Assembly: GCA_964495695.1 (NCBI GenBank)
Contig: CAZBWR010000001.1
Coordinates: forward strand, 77,909 to 141,908
DNA: 64,000 nt
Source of the DNA: an uncultured Chitinophagales bacterium
GTDB taxonomy: Bacteria; Bacteroidota; Ignavibacteria; UBA10030; UBA6906
Reading direction: 5' to 3'
Part shown: positions 39,363 to 48,030 of the stretch, in pieces
Numbering within the stretch: position 1 is the first letter of the stretch
Layout: each line of letters begins with the position of its first letter
Notes under the pieces: generated by a model
What the model was told of the DNA's origin: nothing
Seen by the model: the letters and a program-made list of their open reading frames with translations, nothing else
The model's database searches: none
Translations under genes and position numbers: made by a program

Positions 39363-39577
39363 CTCCGCACCCTTCGCACCCCGCTCCCACCGCACTTCGG
39401 GCACGCATGGAATTCTTGAATACGTCCGCCGAAAGGACCATCTGATGGCTCTTTCGAATCAGAGCGAACGGAGTAATCAATCTTGTCGGCATGATGGTTC
39501 ATATCGACCCCGCATTGGGGACACTTCATCTTTTCCCGGGCAGACTTCATGATGTACTCCTTCGATGAATTGATCAT
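39359..39577 (-). CDS. Small zinc-ribbon protein
   Basis: Two CxxC pairs (CPQCG ... CPKCGG). The start ATG shares one nt with the upstream TAA (TAATG), and an internal ATG at 39550 is an alternative start. Confidence 0.55.
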   Translation of the reverse strand: MINSSKEYIMKSAREKMKCPQCGVDMNHHADKIDYSVRSDSKEPSDGPFGGRIQEFHACPKCGGSGVRRVRR

Positions 39578-40146
39578 TATTCGGCGGGGATGCGCTCTCT
39601 GCCGTACCGCAAGACCTTCGCCATCCAGACAAGTTCGTTGAAGAATTTCTCAAACCGGCGCACGTATGAATCGTCGGTCAGTTTCCCATCGTCATCAAAC
39701 GACTTCCGGACTTGCCCGAAGTTTACGTCCCAGAATATCGTCACAAGACCGAGTTCACGCATTACCGGAAGCATGTTCTCGATCACCCGGGTGCCGCCGA
39801 ACGGGCCGGCTGCAACCCCCACCAACCCGACGGGCTTGTGAATGTATTCCTTCAAGTTTGTATCGAGCACATGCTTGAGCAGCCCCGGATAGCCGTGGTT
39901 GTACTCCGGCACGACAATGATGAACCCGTCGGCGCGGTCGCACTTCTTCGAGAATTCCGGATCCTTGATGCTCTCACCGGCATCATCAACCGGAATCGGC
40001 AGATCCGTAATATCAATCAACTCCGTCTCGACACCAGTCCGCTTGCGGACTTCATCAATCGCAAAGCGTGCGACGTGCGCGCTCATTCGCTCTTTCCGGG
40101 GTGTACCGAGTATTATGGGAATATAAAGTGGACGTGCATCTGACAT
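39577..40146 (-). CDS. NAD(P)H-dependent FMN reductase family protein
   Basis: Flavodoxin-like fold motifs LGTPRKERMS and VVPEYNHGYPGLLKHVLD. GAGGAA RBS upstream. Confidence 0.85.
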   Translation of the reverse strand: MSDARPLYIPIILGTPRKERMSAHVARFAIDEVRKRTGVETELIDITDLPIPVDDAGESIKDPEFSKKCDRADGFIIVVPEYNHGYPGLLKHVLDTNLKEYIHKPVGLVGVAAGPFGGTRVIENMLPVMRELGLVTIFWDVNFGQVRKSFDDDGKLTDDSYVRRFEKFFNELVWMAKVLRYGRERIPAE

Positions 40147-40187
40147 GATTTCCTCACTGTACTGAACTCTTACAGAAACACGAACAC

Positions 40188-41804
40188 TCAGACAGACAAT
40201 TCAATTCCCGTCCTCTGTTTTTCAGGAAGGGTGGCTCCCAGTCTCTCGATCAAATGATCACCCACGCGCAGCGCATTCGCTATTATAGTTAACGCGGGAT
40301 TTACTGCGCCACTGGAGGGAAAGAAGCTGGCGTCCACAACGTAGAGGTTGTCCAATTCCCACGCCTTGCAATTCCGGTCGAGCACTGAAGTCTTCGGGTC
40401 AGTTCCGAAGCGGATAGTGCCGTTCTGATGCGCAACGCCTGCCAGTGGGATCCGCTGTCCGACAAAGAGACTCCGCCCAAAAAGACCCTGATGGCATTCT
40501 CTGCCGTGCACAGGACAAGGTGTCTGATGATTCATGACGTCCTTCAGCTTGGCTATGAGTCGTTGGTGCCCTTCTTCATTATTTGGAGTGTACGAAAGAA
40601 CAATGTTGCCGCTCCGGTCGAGAGTTACCCTGTTATCGGGATCCGGTAGATCTTCGGACGTCAGCCAAAAATCGAGCGAGTGTGTTGCCATCGTTTCCAG
40701 AACGAAACCCGGCGCTATTGCCGGAGCTCCGGCGCGGAGTGTGTCGAGATCGAGCTTTCCGACAAAGGAAATATGCCCCATCGGAAATTCCCATTCCTGA
40801 GAGCCGAAGTAGAAATCATTGACTGCCAGTGTCTTTTGGAATACCGTCGGGTTCGGACATTTTGAAATCGCCATCATGACGGAATTGATATGTCCCATAT
40901 AATGCCGTCCCACGACATCAGATCCGTTGGCAAGTCCGTTTGGATGGCTCGAGTTTGCCGACCGAAGCAGCAGCGCTGCAGAATTGATCGCTCCGGCGGA
41001 AACCACGACAATGTCGGCTGAAAACGCTTCGATGTTTCCGTCCTTTTCAACGAGCACGCTCGTGATTGACTTGCCACTGACATCTGTTTCGAGTTTTGTT
41101 ACTTTCGCCTCTGTCAGAAGCGACACATTGGAATACTCCAGAGCCGGATCGACACAGAGCGTCTGTGCGTCTGATTTTGCATCAATCAGGCAAGGATGGC
41201 CATCGCACGTTGCACAGCGTATACACAGACTCTTGCGCGGTTGGCTTTCGTTGAGCCGGACACCGAGCGGGACATGGAACGGCTTCAAGCCATAGCGTAT
41301 GAAGTCGTCACTTAACCGCTGCATGCGAGACTCGTGACTGACGGCCGGAAACTTGTAAGGCGCGCTGGCCCATGGCTCAGTAGGATCGGTACCGCGCTCA
41401 CCATGAACCTCGTAGAGATATTCAGCCTTTGTGTAATACGGCTCAATTTCGTCGTATCCAATTGGCCAGGCCGGAGAAACGCCGCCGTGATGCCGGAGTT
41501 CTCCAAAGTCCGCCTCTCGAAGTCGGAACAACGCCGCGCCATAGAACTTGGTGTTTCCCCCTACATAATAGTTTGTATGGGGATGAAGGGGCTTGTTGTT
41601 TTTGTCGTACCAGACTTCTTTGGTGTTGTATCGTCCTTCCCGGTTCACTGCCTTGGTACTCCAATTTTCCGTTTCGCGCGGGACGTACGGCCCCCGTTCA
41701 ATCAACAGAATACGTTTCCCGGTCGGTGCCAAAGCATAGGTCAACGTCCCACCGCCTGCTCCCGAACCGATGATGATAACGTCATAGTGATTCTCTTGTG
41801 GCAT
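40188..41804 (-). CDS. GMC family FAD-dependent oxidoreductase
   Basis: Start trimmed to the ATG at 41804 (GAGGAG upstream). YDVIIIGSGAGGGTL dinucleotide-binding motif and a C-terminal GMC region NLYVVDASFFPSSGAVNP. Confidence 0.85.
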   Translation of the reverse strand: MPQENHYDVIIIGSGAGGGTLTYALAPTGKRILLIERGPYVPRETENWSTKAVNREGRYNTKEVWYDKNNKPLHPHTNYYVGGNTKFYGAALFRLREADFGELRHHGGVSPAWPIGYDEIEPYYTKAEYLYEVHGERGTDPTEPWASAPYKFPAVSHESRMQRLSDDFIRYGLKPFHVPLGVRLNESQPRKSLCIRCATCDGHPCLIDAKSDAQTLCVDPALEYSNVSLLTEAKVTKLETDVSGKSITSVLVEKDGNIEAFSADIVVVSAGAINSAALLLRSANSSHPNGLANGSDVVGRHYMGHINSVMMAISKCPNPTVFQKTLAVNDFYFGSQEWEFPMGHISFVGKLDLDTLRAGAPAIAPGFVLETMATHSLDFWLTSEDLPDPDNRVTLDRSGNIVLSYTPNNEEGHQRLIAKLKDVMNHQTPCPVHGRECHQGLFGRSLFVGQRIPLAGVAHQNGTIRFGTDPKTSVLDRNCKAWELDNLYVVDASFFPSSGAVNPALTIIANALRVGDHLIERLGATLPEKQRTGIELSV

Positions 41805-41814
41805 TGTTGTCTCC

Positions 41815-43188
41815 TCAATATTCCTGAAGCCGTGCCTGTTGACCCAGCGCTTCGAATGATGGTTGAATGCGAGGCGTAACGTAGTCTGACGAAATCCCGC
41901 TGTGTGAAACAGCGGGCGATCGCAAGGTTTGAAACTGGACAAGGTCCTTTGTGAACAGCACATCAAGCGTCCAGTCGAGCGCGACACGAAGTTTTTTCTC
42001 GAACCTCGGCAACTTGCTGAGATAGATCGAGCGCCAGAGCCACCATGCAATAAACCCCGAGAAATTCACTCCGAGAATCCTCGCGACACCTGTACGTCTG
42101 CCAATCGAAGCCAAAAGCCCTATGGTTCTGAAAACAAACGGTGTCTTCCTCTCTCCCGTTATTGTGGCAAGAAGATTACGGGCAAGCGTTCTTCCCTGAC
42201 GTATTGCGTGTTGCGCAGTAGGTGGATACGGTTTCCCTGTTTGTGGATCAGGGATGACGGCACAATCGCCCAGCGCCCACACTCCCTGCCATCCGGGGAC
42301 TTCCAAATATGCATTCGCCACCACGCGCCCTTTCTCTTTCGGAAACGGGAGGGTTGCAAGAATCGGGTTGGGTGCGGTGCCGGCTGCCCAAACGAGCGTG
42401 CCGGAAGAAATTTGTGTACCGTCAGTCAGCTCGATGACACCATCGGCATAACTCTTGACCCGGACACGCGTGTGCATCTCAACGCCTCGTTGAGCAAGAA
42501 TGCGCTGAGCGTATTCCCCCAGTCTCTCCCCCAGCTCAGGGAGAATAACAGGCCCGGAGTGAATCAACGCAACGCGCAGCATCCCGGGTTTGAGGTTAGG
42601 GTAGAACCTCAACGCCTCACGGACAAAGTCGTTGACCGCCGCCACCGTCTCAACCCCTGCGAATCCTCCTCCGGCAACAACAAAAGTCAGCAATGGAGTC
42701 CGGATGTTCTCGTTACACTCGAAATCAGCGGTCTCCAGATTTTCGATGAGCCGGTTTCTGAGATAGATGGCGTCTCCCAGTGACTTCATGGTCAGTGCGT
42801 GGTCTCCGAGTCCGGGCAGGTTGTTGAAATTTGTCACGGATCCCAGTGCCAGCACAAGATGGTCATACTCCAGCGTGTGCCGGTGACTTTCCGTGCCGTG
42901 CGATACGGTTACCTCCTTCCGGAGAGGATCGACAGCCACGACATCGCCATCAAAGAACTTCACCCGACGCAACAACTTCCTCACAGGATTCACAATGTGT
43001 GAGAGATCGAGGTCGCTTGCCGCTACTTCATGCAGCATCGGAGTAAAGAGGAAGAAGTTTTCCCTGTTGACAAGCGTAACCTCCAGTTGTTGATACCGGG
43101 ACAGCATCTTTTCGAGAGCAAGAGCGGTGTACATGCCGCCAAATCCTCCGCCGAGTATTATGATGCGTATTCTACTTTGCTGATCCAT
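41815..43188 (-). CDS. ndh: Type II NADH dehydrogenase (NDH-2)-like FAD oxidoreductase
   Basis: Two Rossmann motifs, IIILGGGFGGMYTA and FVVAGGGFAGVE, plus WALGDCA. The C-terminal membrane-association region is hydrophobic. Confidence 0.85.
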   Translation of the reverse strand: MDQQSRIRIIILGGGFGGMYTALALEKMLSRYQQLEVTLVNRENFFLFTPMLHEVAASDLDLSHIVNPVRKLLRRVKFFDGDVVAVDPLRKEVTVSHGTESHRHTLEYDHLVLALGSVTNFNNLPGLGDHALTMKSLGDAIYLRNRLIENLETADFECNENIRTPLLTFVVAGGGFAGVETVAAVNDFVREALRFYPNLKPGMLRVALIHSGPVILPELGERLGEYAQRILAQRGVEMHTRVRVKSYADGVIELTDGTQISSGTLVWAAGTAPNPILATLPFPKEKGRVVANAYLEVPGWQGVWALGDCAVIPDPQTGKPYPPTAQHAIRQGRTLARNLLATITGERKTPFVFRTIGLLASIGRRTGVARILGVNFSGFIAWWLWRSIYLSKLPRFEKKLRVALDWTLDVLFTKDLVQFQTLRSPAVSHSGISSDYVTPRIQPSFEALGQQARLQEY

Positions 43189-43276
43189 GATTCTTCCTTC
43201 AATAGTGGCGGAGTCTCAGCGGCAGTTTCCCATATAGAGGTACATACTCCTGCCGCCGTGACCCTCTTCAATCAAT

Positions 43277-43290
43277 CCCGGATATCCGGG
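43277..43290 (-). terminator. Short palindromic hairpin just after the DM13 gene stop
   Basis: CCCGGA-TA-TCCGGG is a perfect palindrome 8 nt beyond the stop codon. No U tract follows, so a terminator role is uncertain. Confidence 0.3.
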
Positions 43291-43297
43291 GGAGGTA

Positions 43298-44164
43298 CTA
43301 CAGGCTTGCTCTCGTGCCCGCGTCAGCCAGGGGCGCCGTGCCGAAATTCTTGCCAAAACGCTTGCACCAGATTGTGACCGACTTGTATTTCGCCACGTCT
43401 ACTCCCGCCGGGATTTCATAGTTCTGGTCGCCCTTGTTCCCTTTGAGCGCGGCAAGGTGATAGAACCCGGAAGTAGTCACTGTAGCATCATCATTGGCGT
43501 CGTTGGCAACACCGAGGTACACCTGCACATCCGGACCGTTTGATGTTTCAAAATTACTGAAGCGCAGGACCTTCTGACCTCCGGAGAGTTCGTAAATCGA
43601 AGCGGTACCCTTTGTTTCATGAGCTACGCCGTGAAACATTCCGCTCTGTAACAACCTCGGACCTGATTCCGCCACACCGCTGTTCATAGCCAGGGGCGCA
43701 GTGCCGAAGTTTTTACCAAACCGCATGCACCAGATCGTGACGGAATTGTAGTTGCCCACATTGACATCATCCGGAATCTCGTAGTTCTGATCGCCGACAT
43801 TCCCCTTCAAGGCGGCCAGATGATAGAAGCCCGACTTTGTCACAGTCTCGTCATCGTTCGCATCCTTTGCGACTCCGAGATATACTTGCACGTCCGGGCC
43901 GTTCGATGTCTCAAAGTTGGTGAGACGAAGCACCTTCTTCCCGTTTACGTCATGAATGGTGGCAGTCCCTTTCGTTGCATGAGCGACACCATGAAAGGCG
44001 CCGGTGGCAAGAATCTTCGAGCCTGTTGAGGCCTCGGCAACGGTTGCAGGAAACGACTCATTGACCGTTTCATTGATGAAAAGCCGTTCCGGACGAAAGG
44101 CATACCACGCAACAAACAATACCGCAAGCCCGGCAATAACGAAAATTGGTTTCTTTGAATTCAT
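43298..44164 (-). CDS. Membrane-anchored/exported protein with two tandem DM13 domains
   Basis: N-terminal hydrophobic helix. The module GxFHGVAHxTKGTAxI...LRxxNFETSNGPDVQVYLG...TIWCxRFGKNFGTAPLA occurs twice. AAGGAG RBS upstream. Confidence 0.8.
   Translation of the reverse strand: MNSKKPIFVIAGLAVLFVAWYAFRPERLFINETVNESFPATVAEASTGSKILATGAFHGVAHATKGTATIHDVNGKKVLRLTNFETSNGPDVQVYLGVAKDANDDETVTKSGFYHLAALKGNVGDQNYEIPDDVNVGNYNSVTIWCMRFGKNFGTAPLAMNSGVAESGPRLLQSGMFHGVAHETKGTASIYELSGGQKVLRFSNFETSNGPDVQVYLGVANDANDDATVTTSGFYHLAALKGNKGDQNYEIPAGVDVAKYKSVTIWCKRFGKNFGTAPLADAGTRASL
43325..44050 (-). repeat. Intragenic tandem duplication, two units of 363 bp (one DM13 domain each)
   Basis: AGCCAGGGGCGC... 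at 43325 recurs at 43688, an offset of exactly 363 bp (121 codons). The encoded halves are highly similar over about 75 aa. Confidence 0.8.
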
Positions 44165-44217
44165 GATGGATGAGACTCCTTCCTCTTGAGTTGGTTGTTA
44201 TGACGAATCTATTATCT

Positions 44218-44257
44218 GGTGGCCCGGACTAAACGCATCCCACCGGTCCGGGCCACC
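44218..44257 (-). terminator. Strong stem-loop after the spondin-N gene
   Basis: Perfect 12-bp stem GGTGGCCCGGAC / GTCCGGGCCACC with a 16-nt loop, 8 nt past the stop codon. The downstream tract is A/T-rich but is not a clean U run. Confidence 0.5.
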
Positions 44258-44264
44258 GGGATCC

Positions 44265-44996
44265 TTATTTGCTCCCCAGTTCCGCAACAGGCGAGATCGT
44301 TACCCGAATGGTCGACGCAACTGTGGGATATGTCCACTTTCCATCGAGCACCGAGGTGACAAAACCGTTCTCGGAAGGCCCGACATTCATGCCGCTTTGG
44401 CGGGGACCCTGATTGGGACCAAACCCGGGTTCCTCATTGATCTCGGTGCCGGCATCATACAGGAAAAAATACCTGGTAATGTCGCCGGTCAGAGCGTTGT
44501 CCTTTGCGTCAAACAACTCAACTCCGAGCTCGTTTGTGCTGTAGAAGAGGTCGTTTGACTGACCCCACATGTTGGCAACGAACAGTTTTTGTCCTTTCAC
44601 CGCTTCGAATGTGAACTCGAACGCACTACCCGGAGTAATCGGACCAGCCTTGTCGGCTCCGAGAGGAACGGTGAATGTCCCAACGGTCGCAATCCCCTTC
44701 TGACCCTTCAACGCGGTAGCAAGCATCGCCGGATTACCATCTTCTGCAAGAGCCTCGAGGCCTTTGCCCCAGTCCTTTTCCCCGGCTTTGAAAATCGGTG
44801 AGTTCAGGGTTCCAACGATAAACAACCCGGGCGCGAATGCCACCGGTGCTTCACCGCCGTTCGCCCCCTTCAGGATCGGGCCTGTTGTAATGTTTTCGTA
44901 CCGGACTTTGAATTTCACTTTGTGGCCTGCAACCACATTGCCCCCGAACCCGAGTACAATCGCAACAAGGGCAAGAGCCGTTGTGAATCGAATCAT
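44265..44996 (-). CDS. Exported spondin_N domain protein
   Basis: Signal peptide MIRFTTALALVAIVLGFGGNVVAG. A ~200-aa beta-sandwich carries the LEALAEDGNP segment and matches my memory of bacterial spondin_N proteins. AGGAGG RBS upstream. Call made by recollection, not by search. Confidence 0.65.
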   Translation of the reverse strand: MIRFTTALALVAIVLGFGGNVVAGHKVKFKVRYENITTGPILKGANGGEAPVAFAPGLFIVGTLNSPIFKAGEKDWGKGLEALAEDGNPAMLATALKGQKGIATVGTFTVPLGADKAGPITPGSAFEFTFEAVKGQKLFVANMWGQSNDLFYSTNELGVELFDAKDNALTGDITRYFFLYDAGTEINEEPGFGPNQGPRQSGMNVGPSENGFVTSVLDGKWTYPTVASTIRVTISPVAELGSK

Positions 44997-45151
44997 AATA
45001 CCTCCTGTGATGATGTGAGAAACGAACGCCCGCCAACGGACGTGTGAATTGCTGATGGATAATTACAGGGACTAAGTTAAAGGCGAGTAGTCACGGAAGT
45101 ATGGAGCAGGAATTGAATGAGTGTTGCGAAGAATAGAACGACGGGACGGAA

Positions 45152-46153
45152 TCAAGGGAATCCGGGCCCTTTGGTATTCAACCTTATGCGATATAATGTC
45201 CTGCCTGCGGTAATGTACAGCGTCGATCCGTCATCGCCCCAGGCACAGTTGGAGGTCGCCACACCGGTAATGATTGTCCCCAGGTGTGTTCCCTCCGGCG
45301 AGAACACGTACACACCACCAGGCCCTGACCCGAAAACATACCCCTGCCTGTCGACCTTAAGGCCATCCGGAGCTCCGGGATATTGCCCTATGAATTGCGC
45401 TGCATCATGGAACAGGCGTCCGTTGGTAATCAACCCGCCATTGTCCACGTCATACACAAGCCACGCAGGGCGTCGGGCGTCTACATCTGTTATGTAGAGC
45501 CGCTTGCCGTCGGGAGAGAACGCAATGCCGTTTGGCGCTCCGATCTCTTTTGTAAGCAGAGTAAGTTCACCATCTACTGAAAGTCTGTACACTCCGCAAA
45601 AATCCAACTCGCGACCTGAGTCACTAAACGTAGCAGGAAGTCCGAAAGGCGGATCGGTGAAGTAGATATCTCCATTAGGCGCTACAACGGCATCATTCGG
45701 ACTGTTCAGCCTCCGGCCGTTGAAACTGTCGGCAAGGACCTTCCTGCGGCCATCTGCTTCGATACGCGTAACGCGCCGGTCGCCGTGTTCACAAATGATC
45801 AGGCGTCCGTCCTGATCAAACGTTAATCCGTTGGAGCCGGGCTCTCTTCCAGCAAAGGGGGCTTTTCCCGAATACCCGCTCGGCTTCATGAAAAGACTGG
45901 TCCCCTTCCCCTCTTTCCACATGAAGATTGCATTGGCGGGAATATCCGAAAAGAGTAGATACCGCCCCTTCGCATTCCATGCGGGACCCTCGATCCAAGT
46001 GTGACCGTCGGATATCTTTTCGAGCTTTGCGTTTGCCGGAACAATCTGATCGAACACAGGGTGAAGGCGAACAAATCCCCTCTCACTTTCGTCCCGGGGG
46101 TATGCACCGAGGACGTAGAAAAGAATCAGTAGCACAGGGAGGAGACATTTCAT
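45152..46153 (-). CDS. Exported SMP-30/gluconolactonase/LRE family beta-propeller
   Basis: Signal peptide MKCLLPVLLILFYVLG. EGPAWN, SNGLTFDQDGRLIICEHGDRRVTRIE, NSPNDAVV and APNGIAFSPDG blades are present. Confidence 0.85.
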   Translation of the reverse strand: MKCLLPVLLILFYVLGAYPRDESERGFVRLHPVFDQIVPANAKLEKISDGHTWIEGPAWNAKGRYLLFSDIPANAIFMWKEGKGTSLFMKPSGYSGKAPFAGREPGSNGLTFDQDGRLIICEHGDRRVTRIEADGRRKVLADSFNGRRLNSPNDAVVAPNGDIYFTDPPFGLPATFSDSGRELDFCGVYRLSVDGELTLLTKEIGAPNGIAFSPDGKRLYITDVDARRPAWLVYDVDNGGLITNGRLFHDAAQFIGQYPGAPDGLKVDRQGYVFGSGPGGVYVFSPEGTHLGTIITGVATSNCAWGDDGSTLYITAGRTLYRIRLNTKGPGFP

Positions 46154-46156
46154 CTC

Positions 46157-47008
46157 TCACCTCAAGATGTATGAGATTCCGGCTGTGACCTTCGGCGCCG
46201 AGAGCACGTTTCTGCCGTACGCCACCGAATAGAACCCGACAGATAGTCCGTATGCGTCACCAACAGTGTAGATGAGTTCGCCCCCATATTCCAGATAACT
46301 CTGGTTATTGGCGTAGAGGCCATTGTTTCCGCCAATGACGAGATGATCACCATTCTTTAGTGACTCAACCCCGCGAAGAGAGCCTGAAAGTGTAAAGACT
46401 TTTTCAAATGTGTATCCCACTTGAAGAGAATACAGAAACTCGTCGGAGAATCCGCGTGTCCGGTTGTTGAACCCGATCCGGCCGGCAGCATACATCGGAA
46501 GGGGATAAAATGAATGACCCACTTCAGCGGTCACCCGCTGATTGAACTCGCCATCACCAGAGAGTAGCCCGTTGGGTTGCCGGAAGTCGCCTACCGGTAT
46601 ACCGAAGCTGATTCCGGCGGAAAGCACAGTTGGGGAATTTTGGACCAAAGCAATCCGCACGCCGATATCGGGATCCGCAAAACCGGAAGCCCTGTCTCCA
46701 CTGAAATATTCCGTCCCGCTAGGTCTGCCGACAACCCGGTCAAGGGTCGCCGAATGATAAAATGGGATGTACCCGGTCACCGTAAACCAACGTTCAATAC
46801 CGTATTCGGCGTAAAGGCTTGCCGTATAATCCCCGAGCGGGGTAATCGGAGTCCTGTTACCGTTCGGCTCGTAGAAGTTTTTTGCCCTGATCATCTGCAG
46901 ACCGAGTTTGAAGAACCCTTCTCCTTTCTTTCTTGTCCAACCGGCGTCACACAATGGGGCACTGAGGAGGAGAAGAAGTCCGGTCAGAACAACTGTTCGA
47001 CGATTCAT
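46157..47008 (-). CDS. Putative outer-membrane beta-barrel protein
   Basis: Start trimmed to the ATG at 47008 (signal peptide MNRRTVVLTGLLLLLSAPLCDA). Alternating beta-strand pattern with many G/Y/F residues. Family not resolved. Confidence 0.6.
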   Translation of the reverse strand: MNRRTVVLTGLLLLLSAPLCDAGWTRKKGEGFFKLGLQMIRAKNFYEPNGNRTPITPLGDYTASLYAEYGIERWFTVTGYIPFYHSATLDRVVGRPSGTEYFSGDRASGFADPDIGVRIALVQNSPTVLSAGISFGIPVGDFRQPNGLLSGDGEFNQRVTAEVGHSFYPLPMYAAGRIGFNNRTRGFSDEFLYSLQVGYTFEKVFTLSGSLRGVESLKNGDHLVIGGNNGLYANNQSYLEYGGELIYTVGDAYGLSVGFYSVAYGRNVLSAPKVTAGISYILR

Positions 47009-47030
47009 ACGCTTGTCCTTTCTGCCTGTC

Positions 47031-47951
47031 TTATTGCAGTCGTGCATAGCCGAATGTGATGTTGAACGGAACGCAATGCACGATCACCCAATCGAATGTA
47101 TCGAGCTGAATCCCGGACGGTACGGCGTAGGTCTGCAAACCTGTAAATCGTTGGAGTCGGCCCAGGCTGACACTTGCCGGATTAAGGACGTTGGACGTGG
47201 AGAGATACACGCGCACGTCCGGTCCACCGGCGCTGGCGAAGTCATTTCCGAACGTGAGCGTGAGACTTCCATCGGGCTGCCGGGCGAGAGTTGCGGTTCC
47301 CCGAACATCATGACCGCTGCCCGGCCGCATCACGAACATACCAGAACGGCTGGATCCGGAAACTGCAACGCGGGCCGCGTTGCTCTCAATGCCGTCGACA
47401 GTTGCGATAACTTCGGCAGACCCGTTTTGACCGGCCGTTGCGAGGCCACCTTGACTCACGGTTACAATCTGAGGATTCGTGCTGCGCCAGACGGGGGTAA
47501 CGCCCGTCAGGACCCGGTTGTTGACGGTGTATGCCGTTGCAGTGAACTGCCGCGTCTGTCCGATGGTCATCTGCACAACAGCCGGCTCAACTACAACGCG
47601 CGCAACCTGGTTTGCGTCCATGACTACGGTAAGCAGCGCGGCCTCGCTAATTGTCCCGCCTGATCGCACCATTACCCGCGCCTGCCCGACGCCCCGGCCT
47701 GTCGCAATACCCTCGAGGCTCACACTCACAATGGCGGTATCGGAGGAAGTCCATTGCAACGACCCTCCCGCCGGAGAACCGCTTTCATACATTGCTTGCA
47801 GTTGCAGCATATCGCCGACCTGAAGCGAAGCATTCGAGGGCGAAACAACCAGCCGCTCCATCGCCGCCGACACTGGATCATCAACGTACTCAGTGCCGAT
47901 GCATCCCGCGAAGAATAATAGCATCAAAACATATAGCAGTCGCATTACCAT
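47031..47951 (-). CDS. Lipoprotein with two Big_2 (bacterial Ig-like) domains and a C-terminal DM13 domain
   Basis: Lipobox LLFFAGC. Two Big_2-like repeats (VSPSNASLQVGDMLQLQA...; VEPAVVQMTIGQTRQFTA...). The C-terminal GTATLARQPDGSLTLTFGNDFASAGGPDVRVYLS...VIVHCVPFNITFG matches the DM13 pattern. Confidence 0.7.
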   Translation of the reverse strand: MVMRLLYVLMLLFFAGCIGTEYVDDPVSAAMERLVVSPSNASLQVGDMLQLQAMYESGSPAGGSLQWTSSDTAIVSVSLEGIATGRGVGQARVMVRSGGTISEAALLTVVMDANQVARVVVEPAVVQMTIGQTRQFTATAYTVNNRVLTGVTPVWRSTNPQIVTVSQGGLATAGQNGSAEVIATVDGIESNAARVAVSGSSRSGMFVMRPGSGHDVRGTATLARQPDGSLTLTFGNDFASAGGPDVRVYLSTSNVLNPASVSLGRLQRFTGLQTYAVPSGIQLDTFDWVIVHCVPFNITFGYARLQ

Positions 47952-48030
47952 ATCTCGCCTTCGTCGAAATTACGGACCCAAAGTAGCGGATTTGTTTCAC
48001 GATTCTATCACAACGGGCAGTTATTTTCGG

